Shown: positions 43,429 through 54,743 of the stretch, in pieces
Numbering within the stretch: the first letter of the stretch is position 1
How the letters are laid out: every line of letters starts with the position of its first letter
Virus record (IMG/VR): IMGVR_UViG_3300017763_000003
Reading direction: 5' to 3' (one strand)
Length of the DNA stretch: 64,000 nt
Origin: a virus
The notes under the pieces: generated by a model
What the model saw: the letters and a program-made list of their open reading frames with translations, nothing else
Databases searched by the model: none
Told to the model about the DNA's origin: nothing
Made by a program: the position numbers and the translations under genes

Positions 43429-46400
43429 ATGACAATAAATTTTAATGTAAGTCCTTATTACGATGACTATGATGCAAGTAAAGATTTCCTGCGTGTATTG
43501 TTTCGTCCTGGATATTCAGTACAGGCAAGGGAATTAACTACTCTTCAAACGATCCTTCAAAATCAGGTCACTAGATTCGGAAACCATATATTCGAAAATG
43601 GATCTATGGTTATTCCAGGATCTGTAAATGTGAACAATGAAGTAAACTTCATGAAGTTGAACGACTTACAAGATGGAAATTCAGTCACAACCTATCTAAC
43701 TCAATTTAAAGATAAAGTAATTACTGGTTCAATCTCTGGTGCGAAAGCATTAGTAGAAGATACATCTGAATGTGATTGTATGGTTGCTGGTGACAGCACT
43801 ATACCATCGCTACACTTTACGATGATGGACTCAGGTACATCAGGGTCAACTAAAAAGTTTGTTGCTGGTGAAGAAATTACTGCACTTGCTGCTGATAATA
43901 GTACAACTACAAACTTCCGACTTACTGCTAATCAGGTTGGCGATTTAAAAGTCACCATTAAATCTTTTGGAGATACTGGTAATGTTGGTACAACTTATAC
44001 AAACAATGCTACTAGCGATGTATTGGGTAAATCATATAGAGTAGAAGTACGAGCAGGGATTTATTATATAGATGGTTTCTTTGTACAAAACTCAGAAATA
44101 CATTTATATATCTCAAGGTTTAATACTACACCATCTAACAGAGTAGGATTCCAAGTCACTGAAGATGTAGTGACACCAGAGGAAGATACTACTCTTAATG
44201 ATAATGCTCAAGGTACAAATAACTTTGCTGCACCTGGAGCACATAGATATAAAATATCTCTTGCCTTAAAAAGACTATCACTTAGTGGTACTGACTCAAT
44301 TAAATTTGTTGAGTTAATTAGAATTAAAGAAGGTATTGTTCAACAGAAAGTTGAAAAGGCAAGTTATGCTGAGTTAGAAAAAACTTTAGCAAGAAGAACT
44401 TTTGATGAGTCAGGTTCTTACGAAACAAACAAATTTAAAATATCACTTAAAGAACATTTAGATGATGGTACAGGTGCAGGAGTTTATCAAGCAAATCCTG
44501 GAAGTACATCATCTTCTTTCGACGCAAACGCCACTTATGGCGACGCAGATAAATACGCAATCGTTGTAGATCCAGGAAAAGCATATGTTGAAGGATTCGA
44601 AGTAGAATCTACACAAACAACTTATTATCCTGCAGTAAAATCTAGACCAACGACTGATTCTTCTGGAACTACAAGCGAAAATAATTCAGTAATTAGAGAT
44701 GCTGCTCAACCAGTAGGAACATCTATAGGAAACTTTGTAATAGCTAGAAATATTACAAGAGCTCCAGCTATCGATACTTTTGAAAAAGTATTTTTATTCG
44801 ACGCATCTGGTGCACCTTGGACAAGTTCAGGTGTGTCATCTTATACTGCCCCAACAACTCCTATATCAAGTTATAGTGGTGCAGTTGGTACAGCTTTTAT
44901 TAGAAGTTTCCAACTACATAATGGTTCATATTCTGCTCCTACATTTAAAGCAAGTTTATTTAATGTAGTAATGAATGATGGTAAATCATTTGCTAGAGAT
45001 GTCACTTGGTTCGCCAGTTCTAGTAATGGTCAAGTCACAGGTAATGCTGACTTCTATGCAGAGGTAGATCCTACTGCTGACTCAGAACAAATTAATTTAT
45101 CAGGTACTATGTCATTGCCAAACCAAACAGGTGGTTCTAATGTGACACTTACAGGTGTTGGTACTTCTTTTCAAAATCAATTAAAAGTTGGCGACGCATT
45201 AGTACACGATGGACAAACTGTAGGATTTGTCACAGCTATTGCTAATGGTATATCTGCTACAGTACAAAGACCAGCTAACTCTGACAATACATCACTAACA
45301 GGTGTAGCAATGACAGTTGGTCGTTCTCAACTAAAAGAAACACAATACAGTTCTCTATTATATTCTACTGGTTATAACTTTACGAAATCTATTAAAGGTT
45401 TTGATACAGGTTCAGGAACTGATACTCTAGAACAATCTACTCATACTGTAAGAAGAGTTAATACTAATACAACTACAGGTGGTGGGGACTTCGTTATGAC
45501 ATTAAGTAATGTCAACGAAACTTTCCTATCAGATACCGAACTATCAAACTATACATTAATTAGAAACGATACAGGAGCAGTGCTTAATATAACTGCTGCT
45601 GATATTTCTTTTGATGATGACGCAAATAGAAAAGAAGTGACAATCGCTTCTGGTGTAAACGCAACTTCGTGTACCTTGTACACTTCAGTTCTTCAAGTAA
45701 ATGCTGCAGCAACTGAGAAAACAAAAGTAAGAACTACAGCCAATGAAACATTTACTGGAAAAACTAATGTTGCTAAACCAGAGATAGAACTTAATAATGC
45801 TGATGGTATTGATATTACATCAGTTAAAATGGTTCCTGGAAACTTTACTACTTATACAGAAAATTTAGCAATTGATATTACAGAAAACTACGAATTAGAT
45901 TCAGGACAAAGATTAACGCACTACCAAAAAGCAAGATTAAAATTAAAAGCTGGTGCACCTTTACCAACTGGTGCTATAAAAGTCACATACAGACATTTCT
46001 CATATTCTGGTTCAGGAAACTTCTTCTCAGTTGATTCTTATTCAGGTATTAACTATGAAGATATTCCTTCATTCGAATATCAAGATGCTACTGGTCAAAA
46101 AGTCACAATCGACTTACATGATGTTGTAGATTATAGACCAGTAATTTCAGGTGCTAATACTTTTACACCAGAACTACCGAAGATTGGTACAGACTTAACA
46201 ACTCCTGTAGCATTTTATGTTGGTAGAAAAGATAAACTATCTATATCCTCTACAGGAAAAATTCAAATAGTAAGTGGGCAACCATCTGAATATCCGCAAG
46301 AGCCAGAAGATCCAAAACAAGGATTGGTGCTTGCTAGTATGGATATACCACCTTATACTAAAAATGTTTCTGATATAAAAATATTCCAAAGAGATAATAG

Positions 46401-49400
46401 AAGATATACCATGAGAGATATTGGTGGTCTTGAAAAAAGAATTAAGAATTTAGAATATTATACTTCTTTATCGCTACTAGAAAAAGACACTAAATCAACA
46501 GCAATTAAAGATGCTACTACTGGCTTAGATAGATTTAAAAATGGTTTTGTAGTTGATGACTTTACAGGTCATGGTGTAGGTAATGTTAAATCGCCTGACT
46601 ATAATGTTTCTGTTGATGCGAAAAACAGAACACTACGACCAGCACACTTTACAGATGTATTAACAGTTATAGAAAATATTTCAAACACTACTCAAAGAAC
46701 AACAAGAGGTTATACTAAAACTGGAGATTTAATCACACTACCTTATACTGAGTCAAGTTTAGTTAGCAATCCTAATGCTACTAGATCTCTTGATGTAAAC
46801 CCTTATAAGATTGGTGCTTATAAAGTAGAAGTACAATTATTCCCAGAGTCAAGTATCTGGAAAGATACAGATAGACGACCAGACTTAACAGTTCAAGATG
46901 ATAATAACACAGATGCGATTAGATTCTTAGCTGAGCAAACAGGAGTAGTAGGAACTGAATGGAATGAATGGGCAAACAACTGGACTGGTTCTTCTTCATC
47001 TACTACAACATCTTCTAGCAGAATTGGTAATACTATAAGTGTGTTTCAAAATACTGTCACCACTGAAACAGGAAACAGAACAAGAGGTGGTACAAGAACA
47101 TCTATAACCACATCAACCAACTCACAAAACTATGGTGATAAAGTTGTTGATATGACATACATCCCTTACATTAAGGATGAAGTTGTAAATATTGACGCAA
47201 GAAATGCTAAACCTAATTCACAATATTTTGTATTTATTGATGGTGAGCGAGTTGATACCAGTTATGTAAAACCTGCTGACATATTTAAAGTCACACAAGT
47301 TGCTGGTTCAACTACACCTATTTTAGATCCAGGACTTTTAGATGCTGGCTTACTAGCTGACGATCCATTTCGTGCTTACAATGGTAAAATTGTAAACGCA
47401 TTTAACTTCGGTGATGTAATTAAAAATGCTGACCACACTGCTACTAGGATTGATACAATAAATCATATTACTTCAGCAGATGGTGCAACAAGTTTCACTA
47501 TGACAGTTCAAGATGCTACTGGTTTAAATCCAGGACATCATGTTTTCTTATATAATTTAAATGCCACTAGAGGAACTGACGCAACTAACAACAGAGGTAT
47601 AGAACAAAATATTACTTCTACTATCCCAACTATTGGTACCAATCACTCAAAACAATTAAACAGAAAATATTTTAAGATTACTGCAGTTTCAGGAACTACT
47701 ATTACTCTATCAGCACTTGATGGTTCTAATATCGCAGCATTCGATTCTTATGCGAGAGCTTCAGCTTATACTGGAACTGATGGTGGTAAATTACAAAGAC
47801 TTACTGCTTCAGGAATTATATCTTATGCTGGTGTAAAAGATTCAGCTACAGTAAGAGATGTTCATATAACAAATATTAAAAATGGTTTTGCTATCGGTGA
47901 AAATGTCACTGGTACTGCCGATATTGGATTAGGTGCGAAAAATACACTTACTCTAACAGAAATAAATGGTTCTTCAATATCAACTGCTGCTCCAACAATG
48001 AAAGCTACAGGAGGAACTATTACTTCTGATAAAGAAGGATCTTTAAATGCTGTGCTTTATATTCCTGCTGGTAGATATAGAACTGGAGAAAGAAGCATAA
48101 AACTTTCTGATAATATTTCTAATACTGATGCTGACTTCGATTCGTTTGGTTCAGCATTATTTACTGCTAATGGTATGCAGTTAGCAAAAGAAAGAACTGT
48201 TGTCTCTTCAAGAAATTTAAGTTTCGTTGAAGATAGATTATTCCAATCACAACCTATTCGAAGATCTTCTGTTTCTAACAGATTAGTTCAACAATTTAAT
48301 GTTGGTGGTCACGATCCACTCGCTCAAACTTTCGTTGTTCAATCTGATGGTGGTGCATTTGTTACATCTGTTGACTTATACTTTAAGCAAGCAGGTGAAA
48401 GACCAGTCTATGTAGAAATTAGAACTACTGATAACGAAGTACCTTCTACAAAGATTGTTCCTTTCTCACAAGTTATATTACAACCAGCTGATATTAATAC
48501 CAGCACTAATGGATCTGTAGCAACAACTTTCACATTCCCATCACCAATTTATTTACAAGAGAATGAAACTTATGCTCTAGTTGTAAAAGTTGATGAGCCA
48601 GGATGTGAAGCATATATTTCTGAATTAGGTGGAACTGATTTACTTACTGAAAATATTGTAGGTATTCAACCACTAACTGGTTCACTATACTTATCGCAAA
48701 ACTCTAGAGAGTTTGAAATTAATCCACTGTTAGATCTTAAGTTTGATTTAAAACAAGCATCGTTTACTGAAAACACAAATGGTACAGTACAACTAAAAGC
48801 AAACCCTGCTGAAACTGTAAGACTTAACAAAGATCCTTTCCAGTTTACTACTAATTCTGAATTGGTAAGAGTACATCAAAAAAATCATGGTTTCGCTGCA
48901 GGCGATATCGTAATAATTGATGGAGTTGCTGATGGATTATATGGAGCAAACTCTATAACTAATGGTGCAAGTCAAGATTTATTAAATGGTGCTCACACTA
49001 TACAAACAAATGGACTACAAAAAGATTCTTATGTAATTGACTTAGAAACAGTTGATGCAAATAATAACGATATATTAGATGGAGCAACTACTGACTTTAT
49101 AACAGGTAATTATGGTGGCTCAACAGTAGATGCTTCAAGGCAACTTACTGCTGATGCTTTATATTTCAAAACTGAAGATTTAGATTTTGATGACACAGAA
49201 TTATCTTACACTATAAATTCTACAGACACTAGCGGAACTGCTAGTGGTAATAAAACTATTGTTCCTAATGCTACATATAATTTTGATAGTAGGAAAGTAA
49301 TTAAGTCTTTTGAAAACCAAACAACTGTTTCAACGACACCACTAATTAAAACTCCGACACTAACATTTGATGCTACCATAAGTACAACAAATAAAAATGT

Positions 49401-50706
49401 TTCACCTGTAATTGATTTACAAAAACTTGGTGGATATGCGATTACGAATTTAGTTGACCAGTCATCAACTGCTATAAATGTCCCAGAGATTGACCAGAAA
49501 AAATTAATTAATACTGGAGATATTGGTTTAGCATTATCAACTTCCTCGGGAACTGGTACTGTGAGTACAACTTCTGCTAGTCCTACTGTGACTGGTTCAG
49601 GAACTGCCTTTACAACCCAAGTCTCAGTTGGCGACACATTAACAACATCTGCTGGTGCATTAGGTAGAGTAAGAACTGTAGGAAGTGACACAAGTATAAC
49701 ACTATGTGATAACACTGCTCAAGTTTCTACTGGGGCAACTTTCCAAATTACTTCTGACCCAGTAATTACATTTAAACATGGAGCAAAAGCTGTAGAGTCA
49801 AATGTAGATGCGATTGATAATCTACTTGATAATGTTACAGCAGGAAGTCAGTTATACTTAACTAACATACACCCAGAATTAAATGGTGCTATCGATGTAG
49901 AGTCTGTTATTGTAAGCTCAAGCACACTACCATTCGGTGGTAATCAAGAGCTCGATAAAACTACTATAAATAAAACAGCGAACTTTAATTTTAATGAAAC
50001 TAACGATATCAAATTAGATGTCGCTCAAAACTTTACTGAGCAAAAAGCAGGATTTACTATTACATCACAAACAAGTTCAATTAATGTCACAGCTTCTGGT
50101 GCAGTTGATGGTAAATTAATTGCTGGTGATATATTAGTTATCGAAGATGCTGATGGTGTAGGGTCTCTTTCTACTGTTGGTGGTGTACAAGTATTTAATA
50201 AAACTATTCTTGGTACAGTCGCATCAGTAAATGGTACGAACATAGCATTGGCTGCAAACGCAACTGCTGCACTTACTGCTAAGAATGTAGTTATAAGAAA
50301 AGATATATCAGCTTCTACTTGGAACTTCTCTGCTATGGAAGAGTTTGTTGCTGATACTGCTCCAGTTGGTGCTACTAATTTAGCAAACTATATAACTAGA
50401 ACTCTAGAATTAACTAATCCAGCTGACGCATTAAATATTACATTCGATGCTAATGTACCGAAGTCAACAAATTTACAAGTTTTCTATAAAGCATTCTCTG
50501 GTGATACAAATCCTGATACTTTAAATTGGATAGATTCTGGATTTACTGTATCATCTAAAGATGCAGTTGATGTATTTACTGAAAGGAATATAACTGTAAG
50601 CGATATCCCTGAATTTACAAAGGTTGTTGTTAAGATTGTTATGAAATCTACTGATACAATCTCTGTACCAAAAGTTCAGGCATTCCGATTAATTTGTCAT
50701 AGCTAG
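43429..50706 (+). CDS. Large virion structural protein (DUF4815-like)
   Basis: NVSPYYDD..VLFRPG..VQARELT, APGAHR, LARRTFDESG, RRYTMRDIG, DRFKNGF.VD, DPLAQTF. Confidence 0.85.
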   Translation: MTINFNVSPYYDDYDASKDFLRVLFRPGYSVQARELTTLQTILQNQVTRFGNHIFENGSMVIPGSVNVNNEVNFMKLNDLQDGNSVTTYLTQFKDKVITGSISGAKALVEDTSECDCMVAGDSTIPSLHFTMMDSGTSGSTKKFVAGEEITALAADNSTTTNFRLTANQVGDLKVTIKSFGDTGNVGTTYTNNATSDVLGKSYRVEVRAGIYYIDGFFVQNSEIHLYISRFNTTPSNRVGFQVTEDVVTPEEDTTLNDNAQGTNNFAAPGAHRYKISLALKRLSLSGTDSIKFVELIRIKEGIVQQKVEKASYAELEKTLARRTFDESGSYETNKFKISLKEHLDDGTGAGVYQANPGSTSSSFDANATYGDADKYAIVVDPGKAYVEGFEVESTQTTYYPAVKSRPTTDSSGTTSENNSVIRDAAQPVGTSIGNFVIARNITRAPAIDTFEKVFLFDASGAPWTSSGVSSYTAPTTPISSYSGAVGTAFIRSFQLHNGSYSAPTFKASLFNVVMNDGKSFARDVTWFASSSNGQVTGNADFYAEVDPTADSEQINLSGTMSLPNQTGGSNVTLTGVGTSFQNQLKVGDALVHDGQTVGFVTAIANGISATVQRPANSDNTSLTGVAMTVGRSQLKETQYSSLLYSTGYNFTKSIKGFDTGSGTDTLEQSTHTVRRVNTNTTTGGGDFVMTLSNVNETFLSDTELSNYTLIRNDTGAVLNITAADISFDDDANRKEVTIASGVNATSCTLYTSVLQVNAAATEKTKVRTTANETFTGKTNVAKPEIELNNADGIDITSVKMVPGNFTTYTENLAIDITENYELDSGQRLTHYQKARLKLKAGAPLPTGAIKVTYRHFSYSGSGNFFSVDSYSGINYEDIPSFEYQDATGQKVTIDLHDVVDYRPVISGANTFTPELPKIGTDLTTPVAFYVGRKDKLSISSTGKIQIVSGQPSEYPQEPEDPKQGLVLASMDIPPYTKNVSDIKIFQRDNRRYTMRDIGGLEKRIKNLEYYTSLSLLEKDTKSTAIKDATTGLDRFKNGFVVDDFTGHGVGNVKSPDYNVSVDAKNRTLRPAHFTDVLTVIENISNTTQRTTRGYTKTGDLITLPYTESSLVSNPNATRSLDVNPYKIGAYKVEVQLFPESSIWKDTDRRPDLTVQDDNNTDAIRFLAEQTGVVGTEWNEWANNWTGSSSSTTTSSSRIGNTISVFQNTVTTETGNRTRGGTRTSITTSTNSQNYGDKVVDMTYIPYIKDEVVNIDARNAKPNSQYFVFIDGERVDTSYVKPADIFKVTQVAGSTTPILDPGLLDAGLLADDPFRAYNGKIVNAFNFGDVIKNADHTATRIDTINHITSADGATSFTMTVQDATGLNPGHHVFLYNLNATRGTDATNNRGIEQNITSTIPTIGTNHSKQLNRKYFKITAVSGTTITLSALDGSNIAAFDSYARASAYTGTDGGKLQRLTASGIISYAGVKDSATVRDVHITNIKNGFAIGENVTGTADIGLGAKNTLTLTEINGSSISTAAPTMKATGGTITSDKEGSLNAVLYIPAGRYRTGERSIKLSDNISNTDADFDSFGSALFTANGMQLAKERTVVSSRNLSFVEDRLFQSQPIRRSSVSNRLVQQFNVGGHDPLAQTFVVQSDGGAFVTSVDLYFKQAGERPVYVEIRTTDNEVPSTKIVPFSQVILQPADINTSTNGSVATTFTFPSPIYLQENETYALVVKVDEPGCEAYISELGGTDLLTENIVGIQPLTGSLYLSQNSREFEINPLLDLKFDLKQASFTENTNGTVQLKANPAETVRLNKDPFQFTTNSELVRVHQKNHGFAAGDIVIIDGVADGLYGANSITNGASQDLLNGAHTIQTNGLQKDSYVIDLETVDANNNDILDGATTDFITGNYGGSTVDASRQLTADALYFKTEDLDFDDTELSYTINSTDTSGTASGNKTIVPNATYNFDSRKVIKSFENQTTVSTTPLIKTPTLTFDATISTTNKNVSPVIDLQKLGGYAITNLVDQSSTAINVPEIDQKKLINTGDIGLALSTSSGTGTVSTTSASPTVTGSGTAFTTQVSVGDTLTTSAGALGRVRTVGSDTSITLCDNTAQVSTGATFQITSDPVITFKHGAKAVESNVDAIDNLLDNVTAGSQLYLTNIHPELNGAIDVESVIVSSSTLPFGGNQELDKTTINKTANFNFNETNDIKLDVAQNFTEQKAGFTITSQTSSINVTASGAVDGKLIAGDILVIEDADGVGSLSTVGGVQVFNKTILGTVASVNGTNIALAANATAALTAKNVVIRKDISASTWNFSAMEEFVADTAPVGATNLANYITRTLELTNPADALNITFDANVPKSTNLQVFYKAFSGDTNPDTLNWIDSGFTVSSKDAVDVFTERNITVSDIPEFTKVVVKIVMKSTDTISVPKVQAFRLICHS

Positions 50707-50714
50707 GAGTAATT

Positions 50715-50945
50715 ATGATTTGGGCAGGAACTAAAATTGAAGGCGAACCAGATTTAAGAAAAGATAACGATAGTAAAGCGATTATCAATACTAATACTGA
50801 TGCATACAAAAGATATAAACAACATCAATCTGGAAAAATAGCTGAGTTGGCGGAAAAAGAACGCATGAAAAAAGAAATAAATATACTTAAAGATGATGTT
50901 AAAGATATCAAAGATATGTTAATTAAACTCACGGAGAAACTATAA
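50715..50945 (+). CDS. Small coiled-coil protein
   Basis: LRKD..SKAIINT...LKDDVKDIKDML; SD AGGAG. Confidence 0.75.
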   Translation: MIWAGTKIEGEPDLRKDNDSKAIINTNTDAYKRYKQHQSGKIAELAEKERMKKEINILKDDVKDIKDMLIKLTEKL

Positions 50946-51154
50946 TGGCAAAGGAAGCTGCAGTCGCACAAGTAAGTCAGAGTGAAACCTTTGACCAGTG
51001 GCGAGTAAAAACGAATTTGAATATTACTAAGGGAAACAACCAAGAAGATAAACTTGGCGACTTAGCACTATTACAAAATGGAGAAGCTGATTTAACATCA
51101 GCTGTTAATAACGCAAGAGATTATTCAATAGCAATTAGTATTGCACTTGGTTAG
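50945..51154 (+). CDS. Small virion protein
   Basis: TFDQWRVKTN N-terminal motif; ends AISIALG. Confidence 0.7.
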   Translation: MAKEAAVAQVSQSETFDQWRVKTNLNITKGNNQEDKLGDLALLQNGEADLTSAVNNARDYSIAISIALG

Positions 51155-51176
51155 TCTTTAAGAAAAGGGAAAATAA

Positions 51177-51500
51177 ATGGCAAACGATTTTAAAAATGGA
51201 TTGGCGAAGGATGTTGGGTCTTCGGCAGTCACACTCTACACAACTCCCAGCTTAAAGCAATCCATCATTATCGAATGTGATGTATGCAATACAACTTCTG
51301 CTACTATAACCACTGATGTGTTTATAGCTTCTGGCGGACAAGACTTCCATATTGTGAAGAACGCACCAGTCCCAACAGGTGGTACTCTTCAAGTGGTTTC
51401 TAACCAGAAAATTATATTAGAAAGTGGCGAAGTTTTAAAAGTAAAAAGTAGTGCAGCATCATCTGCGGATGTTATTGCTTCAATACTTGAAGATGTATAG
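51177..51500 (+). CDS. Small beta-rich virion protein
   Basis: MANDFKN...YT.P...K.ILE.G...DVIASILE. Confidence 0.75.
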   Translation: MANDFKNGLAKDVGSSAVTLYTTPSLKQSIIIECDVCNTTSATITTDVFIASGGQDFHIVKNAPVPTGGTLQVVSNQKIILESGEVLKVKSSAASSADVIASILEDV

Positions 51501-51510
51501 GAAATAAAAT

Positions 51511-53760
51511 ATGGCATATATTGGTTCACAAACTATTAATGCGAGTACTACACTCACGCGACCTAGAGACGAGTTCGTATGTGATGGTAATACCAAAGCA
51601 TTTAAATTAAGTCAAGAAGTTCCTGGAGCATTTGAGTCAAATGTTCAGGTTGTACTTGGGAATATTATTCAAGAGCCAGTAAATGCTTACACTATACAGG
51701 ATGTTTATAGATTAACATACTCAAATTTATCATTAACAATTGGTGCTAACCAACCAGCTCGTGGCGATTTAATTACGCAAGGTGCAAATACATTCTTAGT
51801 CACAGAAGCTACTACAGGAATTTTAGATGTAATGGCTGCAACTGCTGGTGGACCAGTACCAACTACTGGGGCAGGTTTAACATTAAATGTACCTAATATA
51901 GATTTCGGTGTAGATACGCAAGTTAAACATGATGATAATACAATATCATATACTACTGGAACAATTACAGGAGTCAGTATTGTACAAAGTGGTGGCTCAG
52001 GATATGCTACTACTGATACAATTTTTATAGGTGCACCAAATATTGGTGGTAATGAAACAGCTACTGCTAGTGTATCAATTTCTGCTCAAGGAGCAGTTCA
52101 AGAAATTACTGTCACTAAAGCTGGTAAAGGTTATACATCTGCACCTGCTGTAAATATTACTTCTACAGGAAGTGGTACTAACGCAACTGCTACTGCTACT
52201 CTAGACTCTGATGGTGGTGTTGCTTCTATTGCTGTTGACTCAGGTGGGTCAGGTTATGACTCAACTACAACTACCATTACAATAGAAGATGCTACTACTG
52301 GTGGTGTTCAAGCAAAAGCAAGTATTACAAGTGTAGATGGTAGTGGTGCGATTACTGGTGTGACAATGACATCAGGTGGTTCTGGTTATACATCTAAACC
52401 AACTATATTTGTTTCAACTGGTGGTGCTACTACAACAAGTGGTACAGGTACTATAAGTGTTGCTGCCAATTCAGCTACTGTGACTGGTGTAGGATCTGCC
52501 TTTTCAAGTCAACTAACTGTAGGAAATACATTATTCGTTGGTCAAAGTGTTGTAGGTGTAATTGATGCTATCGCTAGTGATACTTCATTAACTATTAAAA
52601 CAGCAATTGGATCGACAGCTGTTAATAGTTCAGCATATAGTTTCGGTGTAAGAGCTGAATTAGATTTAACATTTACTGGTAATGAAGGAACACTTCAAGT
52701 TGATTCTGTAGAAACATTACAAAGAAGAGGTTTATATTTTAATGGTGTTCCTAGACCAGAAGAAAATTTATATATTAATCACTTAGGTGGGTCAAGTTTC
52801 CAAAATGTTCCTTCTGCTGGATCTGTGACAGAAGATACCTTAGCAACTAATTTAAAAACATTTACTGTAGATAAATTTACTTCTACAGCTTCACAGTCAG
52901 CATTTACTTTATCTAAAACTCCACCAAGTGGTAATTCTATTCTAGTAATTATTAATGGTTCAGTACAAACTGAAACTACACACTACTCAGTATCTGGTAC
53001 GACTTTAACATTAGTCACTCCATTATCTGCTGGTGTGACTGTCACAGTTGTTCATATGGGTTTCAGTACAGTATCTAGAAACGCATTCGTAGATGGTACA
53101 TTAACATCATCAGCATTTGCTGACTTAACATTAACTGGTAGCAAGATTGCTCAGAACACAATAGATAATACAAAACTTGCTACAAATACAGTTGTTAATC
53201 ATTTAGGATATACTCCTGTAGCATCTAATGCAGGTTCAGCTCAAAGTATTAATGCTCAGTTAGCAATAACTGGCGACTTAGATTTATCTGCTGCTACAGC
53301 AGGACAAATTAAATTCCCACCATCACAAAATTCTTCATCTAATGGTCAAACTTTAGATGACTACAGAGAAAGTTCATTAGCAACTTCTATGGGATTTGGT
53401 GGTGCTCAAGTTGGTTTACAAGCTGGAGCAACAGCTGTAAATACAACATACTTTACTAAAGTTGGGAATATAGTTATGCTGAATATGGAAATGACTATTA
53501 CTGCTAAAGGATCTTCTACAGGAAATGCAGCAATAGTATTACCAATCGTGGCTAATGCAGATGGCGATGCTATCATTCCTATCTGGTTTGAAGGAATGGC
53601 TTCTGGCGTGACAAGTATGATAGGTAGAATAGAAGGTGGATCTCAGTCTTTAAAATTATTTAAAAGAGATACTGATGGTGAATACACTACAGCAACCCAT
53701 GCTGATTTTACTGATGCTTCACATCTGATTGGTTCAGGTACATATAGAAGTGCAACATAA
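51511..53760 (+). CDS. Tail fibre / baseplate-associated protein
   Basis: MAYIG start, DG...F.L modules, repeated GGSGY..P.(V/I) units. Confidence 0.75.
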   Translation: MAYIGSQTINASTTLTRPRDEFVCDGNTKAFKLSQEVPGAFESNVQVVLGNIIQEPVNAYTIQDVYRLTYSNLSLTIGANQPARGDLITQGANTFLVTEATTGILDVMAATAGGPVPTTGAGLTLNVPNIDFGVDTQVKHDDNTISYTTGTITGVSIVQSGGSGYATTDTIFIGAPNIGGNETATASVSISAQGAVQEITVTKAGKGYTSAPAVNITSTGSGTNATATATLDSDGGVASIAVDSGGSGYDSTTTTITIEDATTGGVQAKASITSVDGSGAITGVTMTSGGSGYTSKPTIFVSTGGATTTSGTGTISVAANSATVTGVGSAFSSQLTVGNTLFVGQSVVGVIDAIASDTSLTIKTAIGSTAVNSSAYSFGVRAELDLTFTGNEGTLQVDSVETLQRRGLYFNGVPRPEENLYINHLGGSSFQNVPSAGSVTEDTLATNLKTFTVDKFTSTASQSAFTLSKTPPSGNSILVIINGSVQTETTHYSVSGTTLTLVTPLSAGVTVTVVHMGFSTVSRNAFVDGTLTSSAFADLTLTGSKIAQNTIDNTKLATNTVVNHLGYTPVASNAGSAQSINAQLAITGDLDLSAATAGQIKFPPSQNSSSNGQTLDDYRESSLATSMGFGGAQVGLQAGATAVNTTYFTKVGNIVMLNMEMTITAKGSSTGNAAIVLPIVANADGDAIIPIWFEGMASGVTSMIGRIEGGSQSLKLFKRDTDGEYTTATHADFTDASHLIGSGTYRSAT

Positions 53761-53787
53761 ACTAAATAGGGTATAAGAGGAAATAAA

Positions 53788-54018
53788 ATGCCAATATCAA
53801 GAGTAAAATCTAACAGTTTAACTAAGAATATAGAATTACAAGGAGAATCATTTAGATTCCCCATTGGTACACAGGCAAACCGACCTTCACCTGCTAAGAA
53901 GGGAGATCTAAGATATAATTCAGATCTCGATAAAACTGAAATTTACGATGGCTCAAAGTGGGATGTATATAATTCGCAGGCAGTATCACTAGCTTTGAGT
54001 GTTGCTTTAGGAGGATAA
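53788..54018 (+). CDS. Small virion protein
   Basis: PIGTQANRP...GDLRYN...EIYDG..W; ends LSVALGG; ACTAAATA at 53761. Confidence 0.75.
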   Translation: MPISRVKSNSLTKNIELQGESFRFPIGTQANRPSPAKKGDLRYNSDLDKTEIYDGSKWDVYNSQAVSLALSVALGG

Positions 54019-54021
54019 ATT

Positions 54022-54726
54022 ATGCACATTAATGTGCATGACGACGACCAGTGGAACTGGGAAATTATTGCTACTAGAGCAAAACAAAATTTCATGGTGA
54101 CTAAAGCTACTGGTAGAAAAGGTCAAACTGGTGTCATTGGGATACCGAATATTGAAAAGTGTACACTAACTTGCGTACACACTGGATTTATAGAGATACT
54201 TGATGAAGAAAAACAAGTATTGGGTACTATGGGTCCAGGAGCAAAGTTTCATTATGGGATACTTCAACAAGGTATTTCAGCAATGAAGCCAGAGTTGGGG
54301 AAAGTCGACTACTTAGGAAAGCCGATTCCCTCAGAAGAAGTTTGTAAGAGAGTGGCTAGTTATACTCATGTTCTTTTACGAACTGCTAGTGAAGAGAGTA
54401 TATTTTATTGTTGTTCCGATCCTAAGGATATGTTCATTTGGGAAGGTGACAATTATGCTTTTGGGAACTTTTCAAGTTTTGATACCGATTGGGATTTAGA
54501 ACTTGGTTCCGAGTTTGTTGTTGAACCAGAAATGGGTAAATACTTTTTTGGTTATTCTGACAATCTTGAAATAAATGGAAAAAAAGTACCTAAATATAAC
54601 AAGATAAACTCTTATGTATATGATGAACCCATGAGAATAAGAGGTGGTGAAGGTGATGCCTTCTCAATTTTTACTCAAGAGGGTATGTATAAAGAAACAA
54701 GTGGTAATAGAAGATACCAAATTTAA
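54022..54726 (+). CDS. Hypothetical non-structural-looking protein within the tail operon
   Basis: SD AGGAGG; globular charged/aromatic composition unlike its neighbours. Confidence 0.75.
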   Translation: MHINVHDDDQWNWEIIATRAKQNFMVTKATGRKGQTGVIGIPNIEKCTLTCVHTGFIEILDEEKQVLGTMGPGAKFHYGILQQGISAMKPELGKVDYLGKPIPSEEVCKRVASYTHVLLRTASEESIFYCCSDPKDMFIWEGDNYAFGNFSSFDTDWDLELGSEFVVEPEMGKYFFGYSDNLEINGKKVPKYNKINSYVYDEPMRIRGGEGDAFSIFTQEGMYKETSGNRRYQI

Positions 54727-54743
54727 TTTTATAGGAAATACTA

